Origin: Vitrella brassicaformis CCMP3155
Lineage: Eukaryota > Protista > Chromerida
Length of the DNA: 64,000 nt
Direction: 5' to 3'
Assembly (NCBI GenBank): GCA_001179505.1
Contig: CDMY01000666.1
Span: 186,001-250,000, forward strand
Position numbers and translations under genes: made by a program. This document shows positions 59,790-64,000 of this stretch, piece by piece. The notes below the pieces were generated by a model, which worked only from the letters and a program-made list of their open reading frames with translations, was not told the DNA's origin and did not search any database. Position 1 is the first letter of the stretch. The number at the start of each line of letters is the position of its first letter.

Positions 59790-60660
59790 CAGGTTCATGA
59801 CGGTCTCCTCTCACCAAATGCCTCTCACCTACCCCCGACGTGCCCTTCCCACATCGCGCAAGACACCAAACAGCGATGGTCGCATCGATGGGCTCAAACA
59901 GGTCGGTATCCAACGGACAGAATTGGCGCGGGCGGTCATTCAGTCGTTGGATGGTTTCCATGTGCATGTCCATGTGCAGGTTCAAAGGGGGTGGCAAAAG
60001 GCCTCGTGCACCTGCATTCATCCGTCAGGTATGCTCACAGGACAACCGTCGACGTCATGTGTCGACGTCATGTGAGGACCTCTGTGAATAACGTGTGTGT
60101 CCGTCACTCTTTGCAGGGTCACCGTGGCCGGCAGGCAGTGCGTGAGGGACTGATGGTTCTGTTCTGTGCCGGCTGATGTCAATAAGGCAGCACACAAGAA
60201 CCAGAATGGACGAGTAACCAAGCACACCACACACAAGCCAAGCACACGGACACCTACCCCTCTCCTTGTCTGTGTCAGGAACGGCGTGCGGCACACACGT
60301 GAGCTCTGGAGGGCGGACGAGGGAACACAAGTACGTAATCACTACGCCACGCATGTCCAGCGTTCGTCGAATAGCAATGGGCCGCTTTGCCTCTTGTCTG
60401 TGTGTCAGGAGCCCGCACGAGGAGGGAGTGGTCGGTCCGTGCGGCTGGTTTCGGGCGGCTTTTGATCGATGTGGCCCTATCCATTGATCCGTGTGGATTT
60501 TGCTCGATGTGGGAAGTCGATTGACCCAATGGACTCGAATGGAGCCTCACCAAATGGGTACAGACACACAAGTAGCGCCCAGCCGCTGGTCTTCACTGAC
60601 TTTCACGTTTCGTGCAGGGCAGATGGGTGCACACATGAGAGAGAGAAGGCCATGGGTAGC
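59790..60660 (+). pseudogene. Exon/intron-like segment with no continuous reading frame (decayed gene or spliced non-coding transcript)
   Basis: There is a series of plausible acceptors and donors (gtacag|, |gtcggt, gtgcag|, |gtatgc, ttgcag|, gtcag|, |gtacgt), but every joined frame I tried hits stops. Confidence 0.3.
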
Positions 60661-61489
60661 ACTGCTCTCACTTCGTGGCTTTTGGTGGCTAAATTATCTG
60701 CCTGGCGCCCGGCCACGCCATCGCAGTGTGCCAGGTGTTGAGTAGGCGAGAAGTCGGTGCATGTGTGTCTGGAGTCTGGACTGTCGATGTCAGTGAGGCG
60801 ATGCGATTTTCGAGGCATTCCGTGGAGCCCATGAAGGGATCCACCCAGTGCCAATGAAGGTGAACACCATCACCATGCACACACTCATGCAATCATGGCA
60901 TCAAATCATCCATTGCAAAGGTCAACAAGAATGCAAGCCGTTTCGGTCCACAATGCTGCCTGGTAAAGACTGAGCACCCGCCAGAGGCCAAATGAAGGCC
61001 CTCTACACCGAACAGGCGCAAATGAAGTCAGCAGAGCTCCAGAAACGGCTGCCCAAAGCGAAAAGATCTCATCAAAGTGAGCGGATTTCAGTGACCACTT
61101 TACGCAATCAGACCTCGTCCATGGCAGCAACCATTCTCTCTCCCTCTCTCGGCCTTAATGGCCTCTTGTTGTCCGCAGAAAACGAAATTTAAATGCGGCG
61201 AGATTTTTGCGAGCTGAGACGGAGACAAGCCCGCATTTAGAATCCGCAGCGATTTTTCACATTTTTCATCCGCGTTCGGCTTTCCAGCCTTGTTTCAGCC
61301 ACAGATCCTCCAGTTCTTTTTGTTTTCGGCTGGTTGTTGGCTTGTATTGTCCGCCGCATCTCCCTCGACCCCTCCCAACTTTTCCGCATTTCATCCTCCA
61401 CTTTTTTCCTCCACCGCCGTGCCCCGGGCGAGGCCTCGCTTGGTGGCGCCCTGCCTTCTGCGGAGCGGCTGGCGACTGCCTGCCATCTG

Positions 61490-62760
61490 CAGAGTGCGCA
61501 CGCGCCTTCTTCTCGCATATACCGACCACCAACAGGTGAGTACATATGAGTGTGGCCTCGTGTGTCATGTCTGTTGGGTGTGGTGATGGTGGGATGTATG
61601 GTTGGTGTGTAGGAATGAATGTATGGCGCATTTCGTTGCCATGGGTGTCCTCATAGACCTCTCAGTGCCATGTCTGTGTGTGCAGATGAAACGGCGATTT
61701 CTTCCTTTCATCCCCGTCTCCTTTTCTCGACACATCTCTCTGAAGGTAAGCAAGTGCCCCACTGAATCTGGTGCTCACGTGCACGTCAGTGACCCTGTCT
61801 GGTGCTCTTCAGAAATGCGACCCTTTGGTCCGACGAAAAAAGGGCAGAAAAGAGACAGATCAGATCAAATAATCCAATTCATCGTTCTCCCTTGCAGCTG
61901 ACCAGGAAGTTTCACCACGACGACAACAAGCGTGTGGTCGAAAAGAAGATATGCACACGAACGACACGAAGGTAGTCGTATACTCACGTGCACTATGTCA
62001 GAAATTCAGAATCCTCGCTGACTTTTTCAGCAGAAGAACAGTTGTCTTCTCAGACAAATGCGGAGCTTACAAGTAGTCAGTCATGTGATTGGGCTGTCAT
62101 CAAGGGCTCCTTACATCGTGGCGAGCACTTGGCATCTCTCTCTTTCTTTTGCCGTTCAGCTCAGGGAGAGGAGTCTGGCGACACCGTTATCGGCCTTCTT
62201 TTCTCTCGGTGGCTTGTGTGTGGATGTGTAGGCCTCAGCTGTGCGCGCCTTCTCCCCTAGAAAGACCTCCGACAGGTCAGTCCATGTGTGTGTGGCCTCG
62301 TGTGTCATGTCTCGTTGCTGTGAGGATGTGTGATGTATGAATGGTGTGTGAAGAGAAAATACGACCCTTTCCGCTGCTGTGTGTGTGGTCATGTGCCTCC
62401 CTTTGTCATGTTCAGGTGCAGATGAAAATGATATTCTCTTCGTTGCCGTCTCGTTTTCTCGCCGCACTTCTGAACAGAGTGTAAGTGCCTTTAATGAGTG
62501 TGGTTTTTGTGTGCAGTTCAATTCTGCATTTTGCTGCCTTTCAGAATTCCCGTCTTTTCTCTCTAGAAAGTGTTGAATCTTTTGGATTTCAGAGGGAAAA
62601 AAAGAATCAAGCTGTCTTCTTTTCTTTGTCGCTGACAGCCTTTGTCAAGATGTCCCACCACGACAGCAGCCGTCTGGTCGAAAGAGTGGACTCGCGCATG
62701 GAAGACCGAAAGGTATAGTCAATACTCATGTGTCAGAAGTCAGGAAAACTGCTTTGCGCT
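61490..62760. repeat. Degenerate tandem duplication, about 740-bp period, retaining splice-site-like blocks
   Basis: cag|gtNagt at 61536/62276, gtgtggcctcgtgtgtcatgtct at 61550/62290, gtgcag|atgaaa at 61685/62421, and gaaggta(ta)gtc..tactca at about 61968/62709. Confidence 0.8.
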
Positions 62761-63139
62761 GTTGAGCACACAATTGATTTCTGATTTCTGACAGAATGCA
62801 GATTTCCTTCTTGCTTCACAGCTGATGGGAGCCCCCGGAAGCATAGACATATCCTGACGGCCCCACAGGTACGTAAGCAAGTGAGAAAACAAATGATTCG
62901 CCATGCTGTTTCTCATGTCTCTCCCCTCCCGTGTTTGTCTCCGCGCACCGAGGAGGAGAGGGACTCGAAGCCGCCGGAAGAAGCCAGCCCCACCATTTGT
63001 TTTCTGTTCCATCAATCAGGCTCTGACCTTCTCTGTGTCTTCATTCAGATCCATCCATCAATCGAAGGCCTGAAGAGATAGGTCCTCGAAGACGCCGCTG
63101 TAAGTCTCACACTGTGGATCGCACGCCTGTGTGGCGTGA

Positions 63140-64000
63140 GTGTGTCTGTGTGCGGATGGGGCGCAGGAGGCTTTGTGTGCTGACGGCCATGCAGAGGGAT
63201 CCGGTGCGGGAGGGGACCTTTGGCGCGATCATCCTGTGCGGGATGAGGGATGCCACAAGAGGACTCACCCTGACGGATGGTATGCGCACAACAGACACAC
63301 ACAAACCACAAGTGGATTGACTGGCCGACGGGCGTGTGTCTGCCGTTTTGTGGGTGCGTGTGTGCTGTAGGAGAAACAGTGGCTGTCGAGCCCAGGGCGG
63401 CCAGCACCCACACATCATCAACTGTGAGGAGGTCATGCACTTCACCACCGGCGGCAGCAACGTGATGGCGTACACGGTACGAGCTGGCAAAGATACACAC
63501 AGATGTGTTCAAGGCGCCGATCGATCTGTGTCTGTCCATCCCCAGCAGCAGCCAGACAACGAGGGCGAGCACGTCATCGAGATCCCTCTGTTGCTCGAGG
63601 TGAGCCCATCATCGGCAAGAAGAGCAGAAGGCGGCCCAAGTTCAAGCCTGACCCGAAGCTCCACACCATCCACGAGGCACCAGACACCATCGCCGCCAGC
63701 ATCAGGTCTGTCGTCGTGTGGGCCGTCGATGGTGAAACGCCGGTCACCGCCTTCGCCTGCTTCACCCTCATCTGCATGATCCGACCACCGGCGTGTCATG
63801 CGTTTGATGTCCGTGCAGGTGCGCAGCACCATGAGGCTCATGCCCCTCCGCCTCCCACTGCTCAGGGGCAGCAGGGGCAGCAGGTGTGTGGCGGCCAATG
63901 GTGGTGGCAGCGGCAGTAGTGGGGAGAAGAAGGAGGCGGGCAGCAAGAGGCAGCGGCTGCGGGTGGTGACACTGTGGTGGGGGTGCCGCATCGCCGGCCC
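63140..64000 (+). CDS. Partial spliced hypothetical gene (or pseudogene) running off the window
   Basis: Codon-biased exon-like stretches (HPHIINCEEVMHFTTGGSNVMAYT; QPDNEGEHVIEI; GEPIIGKKSRRRPKFKPDPKLHTIHEAPDTIAASI) with GT-AG boundaries. There is an apparent frame break near 63585. Confidence 0.4.

Noticed and set aside
61190-61239. 9-bp hairpin enclosing an Sm-site-like ATTTTTG (snRNA or SL RNA?)
   Set aside because: No U1, U2, U4, U5, U6 or dinoflagellate SL signature nearby, and stems this short with 30-nt loops arise by chance.
1-64000. CRISPR arrays, tRNA/rRNA genes, transposases, reverse transcriptases, prokaryotic defence systems
   Set aside because: None seen. The repeats are microsatellites or gene-internal duplications without spacer structure, and no catalytic motifs of mobile elements were recognised.

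Overview
This is eukaryotic, GC-rich, very intron-dense DNA. It looks like a chromerid alga, most like Vitrella brassicaformis; this is inferred from bipartite plastid leaders, Alba, apicomplexan-style adhesion domains and short microsatellite-filled introns. I reconstructed about 19 spliced protein genes by hand, in order: ankyrin-repeat protein (runs off the left edge), plastid ascorbate peroxidase, MROH1-like HEAT protein, Tctex-1 dynein light chain, Alba, a thylakoid-lumen-type protein, NADPH-cytochrome P450 reductase, an unknown protein, an intron-poor ankyrin protein, a type-11 methyltransferase, TatD, MsrB, a syntaxin, a cyclic-nucleotide-binding-domain K+ channel, a DUF4239-like membrane protein, a large secreted multi-lectin protein, an aberrant importin-alpha, a CUE-domain protein and an internal ubiquitin fusion. 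A 300-N gap and degenerate or duplicated exon-like DNA follow. I saw no tRNA, rRNA, CRISPR array or transposase. The strongest unexplained signal is in the introns: on both strands they carry (AC)n near the donor and (GT)n near the acceptor, sometimes with nested AG/CT or ATCC/GGAT pairs, which suggests splice-site pairing by RNA structure. Other highlights are near-perfect strand alternation with tiny divergent promoters, several GC-AG introns, an IBB-less importin-alpha with duplicated ARM blocks, a GLG-filter channel, a zinc-less 1-Cys MsrB and an exon junction that creates an in-frame UGA. All gene models and family calls come from manual reading, not database searches.
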